Shown piece after piece: positions 1 through 9,563 of a stretch of 64,000 nucleotides of DNA. The first letter of the stretch is position 1; each line of letters starts with the position of its first letter. A program made the position numbers and the translations under genes. Location of the stretch: IMG/VR virus record IMGVR_UViG_2706795940_000001, positions 29,687 through 93,686 of that record; one strand, written 5' to 3'. Under the pieces are notes generated by a model. The model saw nothing but the letters and a program-made list of their open reading frames with translations. It did not search any database and was not told where the DNA came from. The DNA comes from a virus (lineage: Duplodnaviria > Caudoviricetes).

Positions 1-312
1 ATCGCTGGCATGTCCGAGATGCCGGGGACCTCCAAGGGCACGCAGGCGATGCTCGCCACGATGGAGGAAAACCCGGGTGACCTGTGGCGTCGTCAGTCCG
101 AAAAGGAATGGCAGCAGTGGGCCGGCGAGAACTGGGCCGGCATCGCTGAGACCGTCGCAGTCGGCGCAGCGGGTGCTGCTGGTAACTCGGGCAGCGGTCA
201 GCTGGCCGAGAGCATCTCCATCCATACCACCGACATCAGTGGAGCGTTCAGGGAAGTGGACCGCCGTAGCAAGCGCCAGTCGCGCGCCAACTCTCGCGTT
301 GGGAGGCGCTGA
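1..312 (+). CDS. Tape measure protein, C-terminal end (5' truncated by window)
   Basis: Frame open from base 1; Ala/Gly-rich; directly precedes the distal tail gene in canonical siphovirus order. Confidence 0.75.
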   Translation: MAGMSEMPGTSKGTQAMLATMEENPGDLWRRQSEKEWQQWAGENWAGIAETVAVGAAGAAGNSGSGQLAESISIHTTDISGAFREVDRRSKRQSRANSRVGRR

Positions 313-314
313 TC

Positions 315-1196
315 ATGCAGAACTTCAATGAAGAGCTGTTCCTTCGCGATCGGCGCACGAAGGTGATCTACTTCGACATCAACGGGCACGTGTGGCACCT
401 CTCGGGATTCGGCCAGGGTCGCGAGGGGGCCACCCTCGGTGTTGAGCCGGACAACCTGTACATGATCGACACCGAGCTGCTCTGGACCGAAGGTGCACGC
501 CAGGACGGGAGCAGCTACGAGGGAACGGTGATCTCGCGTCGAGAGATCGACTTCGAGGTGCAGATCAAGTCCAGTACCGTCCGCGGATTCCACGCCATCA
601 ACGACAAGTGGTGGCGTGGATGGTCGGCGCGCACCCCCGGCACGCTCGCGTTCTACACGCGCGAGATGGGCTGGCGGTGGACCCGAGTTCGTCTGGCCGG
701 CAATGTCGAACCAAAGTGGGGCAAGGACCCGGCTCTGATCCGGGCTTGCGACTACGACATGACCATCGCCGCCGACGATGCCATGTTCCGGTCGGCCATG
801 GAGTTTGGGTACTGGCGAAACGTCGGCGGCACCGGACAGGGATCGATCCTGCTCAAGAACACCGCCGACCACATCGCCTTCCCTGAGTACGTAATGCCCG
901 GTCCTGGAACGTATTCCATTCAGGATGGTCCAGACGGCGACATGATCCCCCTGACTCCGATCCGCGCCGGCCAAACCCTCAAGCTGAAGACGCACCGCGA
1001 GAAGCTCTCGCTGCGCCTGTATGACTCGACAACCGGGATCGACGGCCGGACCGCCTGGAGGGGCTGGGGAACCAAGCGATTCGAGAACCATCTCGAACCG
1101 CATTCCATCAATCGAATCAAGGTGTCAGTAACCGGTGGCACACCGAATTCACAGGTAATGGCCCAGGTATTCCCGCGCCATTACCGTCCTTTCTAA
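315..1196 (+). CDS. Minor tail protein (distal tail, Dit-like)
   Basis: 293 aa, first gene after tape measure; resembles actinophage minor tail proteins (WWRGWS..PGTL, RWTRVRL). Confidence 0.8.
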   Translation: MQNFNEELFLRDRRTKVIYFDINGHVWHLSGFGQGREGATLGVEPDNLYMIDTELLWTEGARQDGSSYEGTVISRREIDFEVQIKSSTVRGFHAINDKWWRGWSARTPGTLAFYTREMGWRWTRVRLAGNVEPKWGKDPALIRACDYDMTIAADDAMFRSAMEFGYWRNVGGTGQGSILLKNTADHIAFPEYVMPGPGTYSIQDGPDGDMIPLTPIRAGQTLKLKTHREKLSLRLYDSTTGIDGRTAWRGWGTKRFENHLEPHSINRIKVSVTGGTPNSQVMAQVFPRHYRPF

Positions 1197-1214
1197 TAGA
1201 CAGCTGGACACACT

Positions 1215-2906
1215 ATGGTAGAAGCACCCAGCGCCGTCGCATCCGGATGGAACCCGTTCAAGTCCGCGGCCTACATGGAATCGGCCGTCGAGGCCGAGCA
1301 CAGGCGGATGCAGGACGGTCGAAACGTCACTGTCCGCGTCATGGACAAGCTGTACCAGCTCGCCGGTTTCGCCAACGACTACATCGACATCGAGTTCTCA
1401 TTCGAGAGGAATGGCGCGGGCGGACTCGAGCTGTCCCTACCAGGTGACTCCGAGATCCGTGATCATTTGTTCAGTGATCCGGATGGCCCGGATGCCGTTG
1501 TGCCCATTGTGGTCGACACGCTCGGAGCGCAGTGGACGGGTCAAGTCACCGAAGCGTCGATCGTCGTTGACGAAAACGGCGTCGAAACAATCGAGATCAG
1601 CGCTATTCACGATTGGGATTGGTGCTCGTCAGTAGCAATGTGGCCGTCGCCATTCGCGCCGCTGATTGCACAATTCCCCAAGAGAATGTTCGGCCTGGGT
1701 CCTGCCCGCAGCATCATCAAGACCTTCTACAAGGCGAATCTACTTCGCCTGCAACTTCCGCTCTGGCGTATTCCCTCACTGACCGACCTGTTCAATCCCA
1801 GCGCCTGGTTCAATCTGAAGAACGCCAATTTTCCGGTCGCTGTCGCGCCGATCGATGTTCTCCGCGATACGTCGAAGTGGTGCGCGGTATCCGCACGCAT
1901 GCAGATGGGCAATGAGCTCTTCGAGCAGGTGCTCAAGGATTCGGGCCTGTCGCTGACGGCCAAGCTCTTCATCCCCGGCGAACACCCGCAACCATTCAAG
2001 AGTTTCATCGAACTCGACCGGCCAACCATCGTCCTGGACGTCGAGGACTGGACCGGCGTGACCGGGCCCACCGGCACCGTGGCTGACGGCGTCCTCTGGT
2101 GGATTACCGAGTTGCTCGACGACGGCATCTCTCAGATCCTGCACCAGAACCCGGAGAAGTACGATGGCCTCGAGGGGAATCTCGTTCGAGACGACGCCCT
2201 CGGCACCATCACCAACCTGCTCGGGTTCCGACAGGCTCGCCCCAAGGCCATCTGGCTCGATGGTCAGTACACCGGCATCATCGATGGCCGCGTCGACATC
2301 CACAAGCCGATGTGCCGCGACATCATCATTGGCGGTCGGTCGCCTGGCTGGGTCAATTCGGCCATCGAGATCGGCATTCAGCAGCTCCTGAACTTCGCCG
2401 GCACATACCTTGGCGTCGGTGGACTGTCAGCCCTTTATCAAGGTCAGCTTGCAGATGTATTCATGGCCTGGCAACGGTTTACCGACCAGGGCCGCAGCAA
2501 ACGGGCTGGACCATATCTGAAGCATGAACGGGTCGTCGCCAACGGTTCGAGCGCATACACCGTGTCCGGATTCATGGAGGGCATGGAAGGTGTATTCGAC
2601 ACCCGTGGATATACGTCCAAGGTCATTCGAGTCCGGGATGCAGCTCCGTTTGTTTTCGGTGTCGATGTGCAAATCGGGGAGATCGTCGGGTTCGAACTCG
2701 ACAAGACGATCTGGACCGATTACCTCACAAAGGCCACATTTCGCGACTCACGAGATGAGCGCTCCCACTGGGAGCTGCAGATCGGTGACGGATCGGCAGA
2801 AGAAGCTGACGGAGTGAAGGCGCACCGAAAGCTTGCGTCCGTTTTCGGAATGATCAAAGATTTGGCGACCGATACCGGTGCAGATCTGGGCCTGGAGATC
2901 TTCTAG
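1215..2906 (+). CDS. Minor tail protein (baseplate hub, ReqiPepy6 Gp37-like)
   Basis: 563 aa; WPSPFAP..AQFPK and GGRSPGWVN motifs typical of actinophage minor tail proteins; synteny. Confidence 0.85.
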   Translation: MVEAPSAVASGWNPFKSAAYMESAVEAEHRRMQDGRNVTVRVMDKLYQLAGFANDYIDIEFSFERNGAGGLELSLPGDSEIRDHLFSDPDGPDAVVPIVVDTLGAQWTGQVTEASIVVDENGVETIEISAIHDWDWCSSVAMWPSPFAPLIAQFPKRMFGLGPARSIIKTFYKANLLRLQLPLWRIPSLTDLFNPSAWFNLKNANFPVAVAPIDVLRDTSKWCAVSARMQMGNELFEQVLKDSGLSLTAKLFIPGEHPQPFKSFIELDRPTIVLDVEDWTGVTGPTGTVADGVLWWITELLDDGISQILHQNPEKYDGLEGNLVRDDALGTITNLLGFRQARPKAIWLDGQYTGIIDGRVDIHKPMCRDIIIGGRSPGWVNSAIEIGIQQLLNFAGTYLGVGGLSALYQGQLADVFMAWQRFTDQGRSKRAGPYLKHERVVANGSSAYTVSGFMEGMEGVFDTRGYTSKVIRVRDAAPFVFGVDVQIGEIVGFELDKTIWTDYLTKATFRDSRDERSHWELQIGDGSAEEADGVKAHRKLASVFGMIKDLATDTGADLGLEIF

Positions 2907-2942
2907 GCATGTTTCTAGTGTACAATTAGGGAGAAGATAGCT

Positions 2943-3584
2943 ATGGGTGTTGTGCTTGTTCCGCACACCTACCACGCGCAGCAGAAGAACTACACCTGCG
3001 GCCCGTCAACCGCCCTCGTCACGCTCTCCACGTTCGGGATCAAGGTCACCGAAGCTCAGATGGAGCGCGAGTGTGGAACTGACATCAACGGCACAGCCGA
3101 CGTCAGGCAGATCAACTCGGTCCTGACCAGGCGCACCGGTCGTGCATACGGCGCCCACTACATGCAGGGCAATACGCCAACCAAGGCGCAGAAGGATCTG
3201 TTCTGGCAGCACGCTGTCGGGACCATCGCTCACAGCCGCAAGGCCATGCCCATCAACATCTGGGCGCAGGGCAACACCCGGCCACCCGGGTACCCGTGGG
3301 GCCTGACCATGCACTACGTCACCGCGGTCGGGATCGACATCGAGCAGCGCCGACTCTACTTCTCTGACAGCGCGCGCTTCGGCGGGATCCAGCACTGGTG
3401 GATGAGCGCCGACCTCGTCTGCGTGAACATCACGCCGAAGGGCTACGGCGCACTGACCAGGCCGGACACCCCAACCCCGCCGCCGGCGAAGAACGCATTC
3501 GCAAACTTCACCGACGACCAGCTGCGCCTCGTCATCGCCGCGGCCCATCAGGTCGGCGATCCACACACCGGGGGCCTCGCATGA
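2943..3584 (+). CDS. Lysin A, C39-like cysteine peptidase subunit
   Basis: QQKNYTCGP (catalytic Cys), HYVTAVG (His), DSA (Asp); first gene of lysis cassette; RBS GGGAG. Confidence 0.8.
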   Translation: MGVVLVPHTYHAQQKNYTCGPSTALVTLSTFGIKVTEAQMERECGTDINGTADVRQINSVLTRRTGRAYGAHYMQGNTPTKAQKDLFWQHAVGTIAHSRKAMPINIWAQGNTRPPGYPWGLTMHYVTAVGIDIEQRRLYFSDSARFGGIQHWWMSADLVCVNITPKGYGALTRPDTPTPPPAKNAFANFTDDQLRLVIAAAHQVGDPHTGGLA

Positions 3585-4507
3585 GTTTTCGCAGGATCTA
3601 CGGCCTGGACTGGTCGGAGAACGGCTGGCGCATGTGCAACTCGGACGAGACCGTGGTTGTCGATGTAGCCGGCATGCGAGTGCGGATCCGATCCGGATAC
3701 GCCGCCGAGGCCCTGGGCGCCTGGATGCGCTGGTATCACGAGAATGTCGAGCGCATCGATCTCTACAAGCCGCTCGATGACTGGGGATGGTCGGCCACCA
3801 ACGACGTCGCGAGCTCAAACCACCTGTCTGGCACTGCGGTTGACATCAACGCCACTCAGTACCCCTGGGGCTTGCGCACGATGTCGGCGGCTCGCAAGGC
3901 CAAGATCCGCGAGGGCCTAAAGCTTTTCGAGGGCGTGATCTTCTGGGGCGCCGACTGGAGCAGGGCTGACGAGATGCACTACCAGCTCAATCACGGAACT
4001 TCCAGCGGCACTGGGGCGTCCCAGAAACTCATCGACTTCTGCAACCGGCGGATCCGCAACGGCCGCCTGGTCACCGAACAACCCCCCAAGAAGGAGGACG
4101 GTCTCATGGCCGAAATCTCAGACAAGGACGCCGTCAAGGTCGTCGGCGCCGCTATCCAGATGGGCGAAGCCCACACCGGCAACGGCGCCCGAAACGCAGA
4201 CGACAAGACCGTCGGGCCGCGCGAACTGCGCCATCCCGATTTCTACAACGTCGCCGGCAATGAACGACTTCGCAAGGCCGGCAAGAAGCTCGCCTACATG
4301 CGCGCGATGGTCATGGACGTGTGGAACGAACTCGTCTTCGATGGATACGTCGCTGAGGTGCCGGACCCGAGGCTCGACGAAAACAAGTACGGCTCACCGA
4401 TCGGCTTCCTCATCGCCGCCCACGCCAACGCGCGCGAGGCCAACCTCATCTCCCAGCGCGTCGCCGACAAGCTCGGCGTCGACATCTCCGACATCGTCAA
4501 GGACTGA
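3581..4507 (+). CDS. Lysin A, M15 L-Ala-D-Glu peptidase with C-terminal domain
   Basis: ATGA overlap with upstream stop; SNHLSGTAVD and DEMHYQ zinc-peptidase motifs; SENGW N-terminal motif. Confidence 0.88.
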   Translation: MSFRRIYGLDWSENGWRMCNSDETVVVDVAGMRVRIRSGYAAEALGAWMRWYHENVERIDLYKPLDDWGWSATNDVASSNHLSGTAVDINATQYPWGLRTMSAARKAKIREGLKLFEGVIFWGADWSRADEMHYQLNHGTSSGTGASQKLIDFCNRRIRNGRLVTEQPPKKEDGLMAEISDKDAVKVVGAAIQMGEAHTGNGARNADDKTVGPRELRHPDFYNVAGNERLRKAGKKLAYMRAMVMDVWNELVFDGYVAEVPDPRLDENKYGSPIGFLIAAHANAREANLISQRVADKLGVDISDIVKD

Positions 4508-4513
4508 CATCGC

Positions 4514-4921
4514 ATGAATCTCTTCACCATTCGCTCGTGGTCCGACTTCCGGGCCTTCCTCTACGTCATCCTGCCCGTGTTGAGCGCATTCCTCGTCACC
4601 AACGGCACGCTCACCGCGAACCAGGCGTCACTGTGGACCGGCCTGGTCACCGCAGTCCTGGGGCCGGTACTTGCGTTCGTCATGGCCCGCGGGGTCAGTA
4701 CCTTCCGGACGGCGTTCTACGGCCTACTCGGCGCCGGCCAGGCACTACTCGTCGGCTATGGCATCTGGACGGGTAACGAGCTCGATGCATGGATGCCCCT
4801 GATCTCCACCCTGATCGGCGCAGGCGCCGGCGGTGTGGCGGTCGCAAACACCCCCGTCACCACGCCATTCACTCACGGCCAGCTTGCGGCTGAGGCCGAG
4901 AAGGCACCCGTGGTCGAGTGA
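4514..4921 (+). CDS. Holin
   Basis: 135 aa with about 4 hydrophobic segments, immediately after the lysins. Confidence 0.75.
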   Translation: MNLFTIRSWSDFRAFLYVILPVLSAFLVTNGTLTANQASLWTGLVTAVLGPVLAFVMARGVSTFRTAFYGLLGAGQALLVGYGIWTGNELDAWMPLISTLIGAGAGGVAVANTPVTTPFTHGQLAAEAEKAPVVE

Positions 4922-5220
4922 GCGCATGGACGCCCGACGCCTGGAACGATGTTGGCATCGTGGCCTTCCTCATTCTGGGCGTCGGGCTCCTTGCCCTCTG
5001 CTTCATTCGCGGATGGCTGGTCCTGGGTCCAAGCCACAAAGAGATTGTGGCAGAGAAGGACCGCGCCCTGACGCACGCCAACGAGCTCGTCGGGAAGCTA
5101 ACCGAGGTCAGCGCAATTCAAGCGCAGACCATTGCCGAGAACAGCGCACGCGCACAGGTCACGGACCATGTCCTGCAATCGATCCGCGATGTCTACGAGG
5201 ATCGGATGCGTGAGACATGA
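4918..5220 (+). CDS. Lysis-cassette membrane protein
   Basis: N-terminal TM helix plus coiled coil; GTGA overlap. Confidence 0.7.
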   Translation: MSAWTPDAWNDVGIVAFLILGVGLLALCFIRGWLVLGPSHKEIVAEKDRALTHANELVGKLTEVSAIQAQTIAENSARAQVTDHVLQSIRDVYEDRMRET

Positions 5221-5435
5221 GGTCACCATTCCGTCGAGACCGGCGCGAGCTGCAAGCCGCTAAGAGTCTCGCAGACCACTACGACAAGGCCGTAGAAGCC
5301 GCAGATCAGGAGCTGGACAAGGCTCGCAAGACCGCGGCCGACGCCCGCCGCACCAATGAGCGGATCCGGCGGGCCCACCTGGAACGAAACGGATTCACCG
5401 AGATGCTACAAGCTGCATGGAGTCCTGGAACATGA
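5217..5435 (+). CDS. Hypothetical coiled-coil protein (lysis cassette)
   Basis: ATGA-coupled to both neighbours. Confidence 0.65.
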   Translation: MRSPFRRDRRELQAAKSLADHYDKAVEAADQELDKARKTAADARRTNERIRRAHLERNGFTEMLQAAWSPGT

Positions 5436-5887
5436 CACTGAACTCCATTCTGAACGCTGTGAAGTCGGCACGGGAATACATCGCCGTGGCGGCATATCTC
5501 GGTGCCGTCATCACCGTGTTTTCGCTGCTCATGCCGACCGACACGCTGCGAGCCTGGGGGAACGTCTGGCTCGCCTCCATGGCCGTGATCGTGACTACGT
5601 TCACGATCTCCTATGCAACTCGCTCAGCATTCTGGAAGAACCCAATTGGCTGGATCTTCATGTGCAAGAGCGTATTTCTATCGGCCGTGCTGATTCAAGT
5701 GTCCCTATCGACCGTTACCTCATCGGTCGTTGGCAGTGGGGCCGCGTACTACCCGGGGCGTGACTACATCCGCCTCGTGATCTACGCCGGCGGGGCCATC
5801 GGCTACGCAGTGATGCTCGCAGCCCTGCTCAACATGCAGCGCAAGGACCGAACTGACCGGCTCGCGCAACTCCTCAAGGACGGGTAA
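5432..5887 (+). CDS. Membrane protein (holin-like, about 4 TM)
   Basis: Four hydrophobic stretches; coupled start. Confidence 0.65.
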   Translation: MTLNSILNAVKSAREYIAVAAYLGAVITVFSLLMPTDTLRAWGNVWLASMAVIVTTFTISYATRSAFWKNPIGWIFMCKSVFLSAVLIQVSLSTVTSSVVGSGAAYYPGRDYIRLVIYAGGAIGYAVMLAALLNMQRKDRTDRLAQLLKDG

Positions 5888-6969
5888 TGGCCACCTACAA
5901 CGACCTTTTCGGCGAGCCGGTAGATGTGCTCCACCCCGCCGTCCGCGTGTACGCGGTTGACGACAACGAGGGTGGAGTCCCGCTCAGGCATCTGTCGATC
6001 AGCATCACCCCGGGTGAGGGGATCCTCGAGCTCCCTCGCGGGCTTCCCGGACCGCCTGGCGACAAGGGTGAGGCAGCAGTCCCGTTCCTGCACATGGGGG
6101 ACAGGTCCGCGGCTCACATTGCCGCACTGCAGCTTGGGCCTTCCGATGCTGGCAAGACCTACCGCAACCTCGACACCAACGACATGCACTACTGGTCCGG
6201 AACCTACTGGGTCGTGTTTGCCGACGCCTTCGGCGCCCAAGGTCCCGAAGGTCCATCGGGACGAATCTCCGCGGTGTCCATCGAGACCCTCGACAAGGAT
6301 GACGACCCTGTAGCGAGCCTGACCGGCGCGCCGGGGTCGCAGGTGCTTCACATCGGAATCCCCGCGGTTCCGGGCCCCAAGGGTGACACCGGGCCGGCGG
6401 CGGCGATCCAATCTGCGAGCGACTACGACAACAGCGTTGCCCCCGAGGATGGCTCGGTCGTCACCTACGACGCGGTCTCCGGGAAGTGGAAGCCTTACTC
6501 GGCACCCAAGATCCGTCACTACTCCCTGCCCTCGGCGTCGTTCACGAACACCGGCCTGCGGCTGACCGAGAACCACCAGGTGCTCGCCGAACTCCCATTG
6601 GAGCCGCTGACATTCCCGACTGCGCTCTACGTGACCGGACACTTCCTCGTCAACCAATTCAACACCTCCCAGATGGCGATCGAGGCCCGCGTTGGCGGCA
6701 CCGGCGCCTCGGGAGACGGCGTCACCGTCGCGAAGGGGATTGCACTCCCTGGCGTCGGTGAGCAAATGGTCACCGTAACACCACACTTCAGCACTGCAGC
6801 CAGCCCGAGCATGTCAACCGCCCCCGGAAGCTACGTCGGCATCATTCCGGCCAATCACAGCGGCAACGCCGGCAAGGTCTGGGTCGTGATGTCGCGCGTC
6901 GGCGGCATCGGTGGCTGGGAGGTCAAGGGTGCCCATGCGCAGCTCTCTGTGATGCGCCACCCCATCTGA
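5887..6969 (+). CDS. Minor tail protein with short collagen-like G-X-Y segments
   Basis: GLPGPPGDKG, GPKGDTGP; synteny. Confidence 0.75.
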   Translation: MATYNDLFGEPVDVLHPAVRVYAVDDNEGGVPLRHLSISITPGEGILELPRGLPGPPGDKGEAAVPFLHMGDRSAAHIAALQLGPSDAGKTYRNLDTNDMHYWSGTYWVVFADAFGAQGPEGPSGRISAVSIETLDKDDDPVASLTGAPGSQVLHIGIPAVPGPKGDTGPAAAIQSASDYDNSVAPEDGSVVTYDAVSGKWKPYSAPKIRHYSLPSASFTNTGLRLTENHQVLAELPLEPLTFPTALYVTGHFLVNQFNTSQMAIEARVGGTGASGDGVTVAKGIALPGVGEQMVTVTPHFSTAASPSMSTAPGSYVGIIPANHSGNAGKVWVVMSRVGGIGGWEVKGAHAQLSVMRHPI

Positions 6970-7001
6970 CCACCTGTCTAATCAACACCGAGAGGTAAGA
7001 G

Positions 7002-8834
7002 TTGAACGAGGGCAACAAGCATCTCGCCGCGCAGCTCTTCGAGTGGCTAAATGTCACCGGAGACATCGTCGATCTGCTTGGCATCGTCGGAACCATCCAG
7101 GAGTGGGTGGACGCGGTGCTTCAAGCACTCGGCGGGAACTTCTCTGCCCTAAGCGGTCTCGTTGGTGAGTTGACTAGTAATGCACCGCCGGGATGGGAGT
7201 GGATCTCCGACCTCTCGAGTTGGAATCCGATCGGTGACCTGATCACCGGCCTGCAGACGATGCTCAACCAGATCGGCGACATCGTCCGAGGGGTCATCGT
7301 GACCCCGATCAACAACATGGTCTCCAACTTCAAGGACTGGTTCCTCGGCCTCGTCGGATGGCAGGGCAATAGCACGAACAAGCATCAGGAACTGACCAAC
7401 ATGGTCTGGACTGGTGCTACCACCCAGACTCCCGAAGAGGATCGAACCGAGGCACAGGTCCGCGACGCCGTGGCCGCACTCAAGGCCCGCTCGGAGGCCC
7501 TGCGCTCGGAGAACGAGCTGCGATACCGATCGGCCGTTCCTCTCTGGCAGGGGCTCGTTCCTGGCGGCGACGTCACCTGCGACCTTAACACCGTCTCGGT
7601 CCGCGATAACTGGAACATCCCGATCACGGGAACATCAGGGCCGCAGGGGTTCCCGGGGCACGACCACGGACCCGGGTCTTACGTCGCCAACCTCCGACTC
7701 GCGACGAACGCATCGACCACTTCGGGCGTCGGTGCGTCCATGGGGCCCTTCGCTCCATTTCGCGCGCGTTCCGACGTTCCGCGTAACGTTGTTACCTTCC
7801 TGGCGCGAGCCACGGGGTCGGTCACCAGTGGATACGTCAGTCTCTGGAGCTACGACTACGACACCGACAAGTGGCTGTGCGTCGCCCGCAGTGCCGACTT
7901 CATGTCGCAGGTCCCTGGAACTGACTCGTACGGATGGGTCGATGCGCAGCTGCTCGAGGAGTACACACCCTCGGTAGGCGAGCTCATGGCTGTGCGGTGG
8001 TCAACGGCCGGCTCCGGAACACTCCTTCTCGCCTCGTCGCTGTCCGCCGGCACTCAGGACCACCAGTTCCTCATCCCGGCCTACCACAGCGTCCCTTACG
8101 GCACCGCTGCAATGATCGCAGCGCCGACGAGCCCCGGGGTTGGCCAGGAGCTGTCGCTCACCGACCCCAACCAGTGGTGGTCCGGAAAGACCCCGTTCGC
8201 TCAGATCGCACCCGACCTCGGACAGACGGTCCTCCCGCGGCCCCAGTACTGGTTCGACGACTTCAATGCCAGCGACCCCAACGCATACACATTCTCCAAC
8301 AATGGTGCGCGAATCTCCGACGGCCACTTCGAGTTCTGGGGCACGTCTAGTGTTCCAACTGTCCAGTACCTCATCTACCGCGGGCAGATGGCCACGCCGA
8401 ACCTCCGGATCGAAGCCACCGCGAAGGGGCATCACGGTCGCGAGATGTTCATGCGCCTGGGGTGCACATCAAACGGCACATCCGGTCTGAATCTCACCAT
8501 CAATGCAGACGGCGGATCGACCACACAGGTTCTCCTGCAGACCGTTTCGCCCACAGACCCCGGTGCCGTGACGACACGGCACACCATTACCGGCGTGCCG
8601 TTCACCAGCACCGACCGCTGGGCCCTCGAGTTCGAGGACCCCTCGAAGACCTACATCGTCTACCGAAATGGGTCATTCGTGACCTCGTGGGCAGACCCGG
8701 GCAATCTAGCCGTCCGTGGCAAGGGCAAGCGATCCGGTGGTCTTGGCGTGACCAGATCATTCTTCCTCGATTCCGGCGCGTGGGACGACTTCCTGCTCTA
8801 CGACGTCACTTCCAACGAAACCGAGACCGAATAA
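7002..8834 (+). CDS. Minor tail protein
   Basis: 610 aa; helical N-terminus, beta-rich C-terminus; RBS GAGG before TTG. Confidence 0.7.
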   Translation: MNEGNKHLAAQLFEWLNVTGDIVDLLGIVGTIQEWVDAVLQALGGNFSALSGLVGELTSNAPPGWEWISDLSSWNPIGDLITGLQTMLNQIGDIVRGVIVTPINNMVSNFKDWFLGLVGWQGNSTNKHQELTNMVWTGATTQTPEEDRTEAQVRDAVAALKARSEALRSENELRYRSAVPLWQGLVPGGDVTCDLNTVSVRDNWNIPITGTSGPQGFPGHDHGPGSYVANLRLATNASTTSGVGASMGPFAPFRARSDVPRNVVTFLARATGSVTSGYVSLWSYDYDTDKWLCVARSADFMSQVPGTDSYGWVDAQLLEEYTPSVGELMAVRWSTAGSGTLLLASSLSAGTQDHQFLIPAYHSVPYGTAAMIAAPTSPGVGQELSLTDPNQWWSGKTPFAQIAPDLGQTVLPRPQYWFDDFNASDPNAYTFSNNGARISDGHFEFWGTSSVPTVQYLIYRGQMATPNLRIEATAKGHHGREMFMRLGCTSNGTSGLNLTINADGGSTTQVLLQTVSPTDPGAVTTRHTITGVPFTSTDRWALEFEDPSKTYIVYRNGSFVTSWADPGNLAVRGKGKRSGGLGVTRSFFLDSGAWDDFLLYDVTSNETETE

Positions 8835-8843
8835 GGAAAACCC

Positions 8844-9563
8844 ATGGCAGACATCACATATCAGCATGTGACCGGCAAGTGGACCCACCTTGTCGAGGAC
8901 GGCATGGTCGATCTCGACTCTGTGCCTGACGAGGTGGGCGTCACCGGCCACATCCGGTTCATCCCCGTGGTTGACCCCAAGGTGCCGGCCTTCCCGACCG
9001 GTGACCCGACGCGCTCGGTGTCGGTCTCAGAAATCGGTGCGGTTGTGGTGAACGGTGAAATCGAAGACCACCAGGGCCGACCGGGCGTCTGGCTCGTGGC
9101 CACGATCGGGGGACGTCCGGTTCGATGGACGGCGCGACCGAACCTGACCTTCAACGGCGTGGTCATCCCGACACGTGACATCGTGTTCCTGCCGCCCGAA
9201 ACTGGCGATGAGCTGCACCTCAACGATGTCATCGAGGACCCTGAGGTCAACTGGGGAGGCCACCGCGCGACTCCGACAGTAGACCTGAACCTGCCGACGG
9301 TGGGGGATTACGCCTACAGCTATCGGATCGCAGCGGGGGAGTTCGACCCAGACGCCGAGCTGTACTACCTGTTTGGCGACCCCCCGACACCTGATTTGCG
9401 CTGGGACTTCGACATCGACACCGACGTCGCTTCGATCCTCAAGACGGGCGTCGCGGTCTCCGAGGTCCTCCCCGGCACTCGCTACTGGCTGATCTTCAAG
9501 GCCGGCCCCACCTCGCCGGCTCGCGAACTCCTGACCGGCGTCGTACGGAAGGTGAATGCCTGA
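8844..9563 (+). CDS. Minor tail protein
   Basis: 239 aa; GVWLVA motif of actinophage tail proteins; RBS AAGGA. Confidence 0.65.
   Translation: MADITYQHVTGKWTHLVEDGMVDLDSVPDEVGVTGHIRFIPVVDPKVPAFPTGDPTRSVSVSEIGAVVVNGEIEDHQGRPGVWLVATIGGRPVRWTARPNLTFNGVVIPTRDIVFLPPETGDELHLNDVIEDPEVNWGGHRATPTVDLNLPTVGDYAYSYRIAAGEFDPDAELYYLFGDPPTPDLRWDFDIDTDVASILKTGVAVSEVLPGTRYWLIFKAGPTSPARELLTGVVRKVNA

Noticed and set aside
3398-3580. Upstream extension of the M15 lysin in the ORF track
   Set aside because: Overlaps the C39 gene; the ATGA-coupled start at 3581 is more plausible
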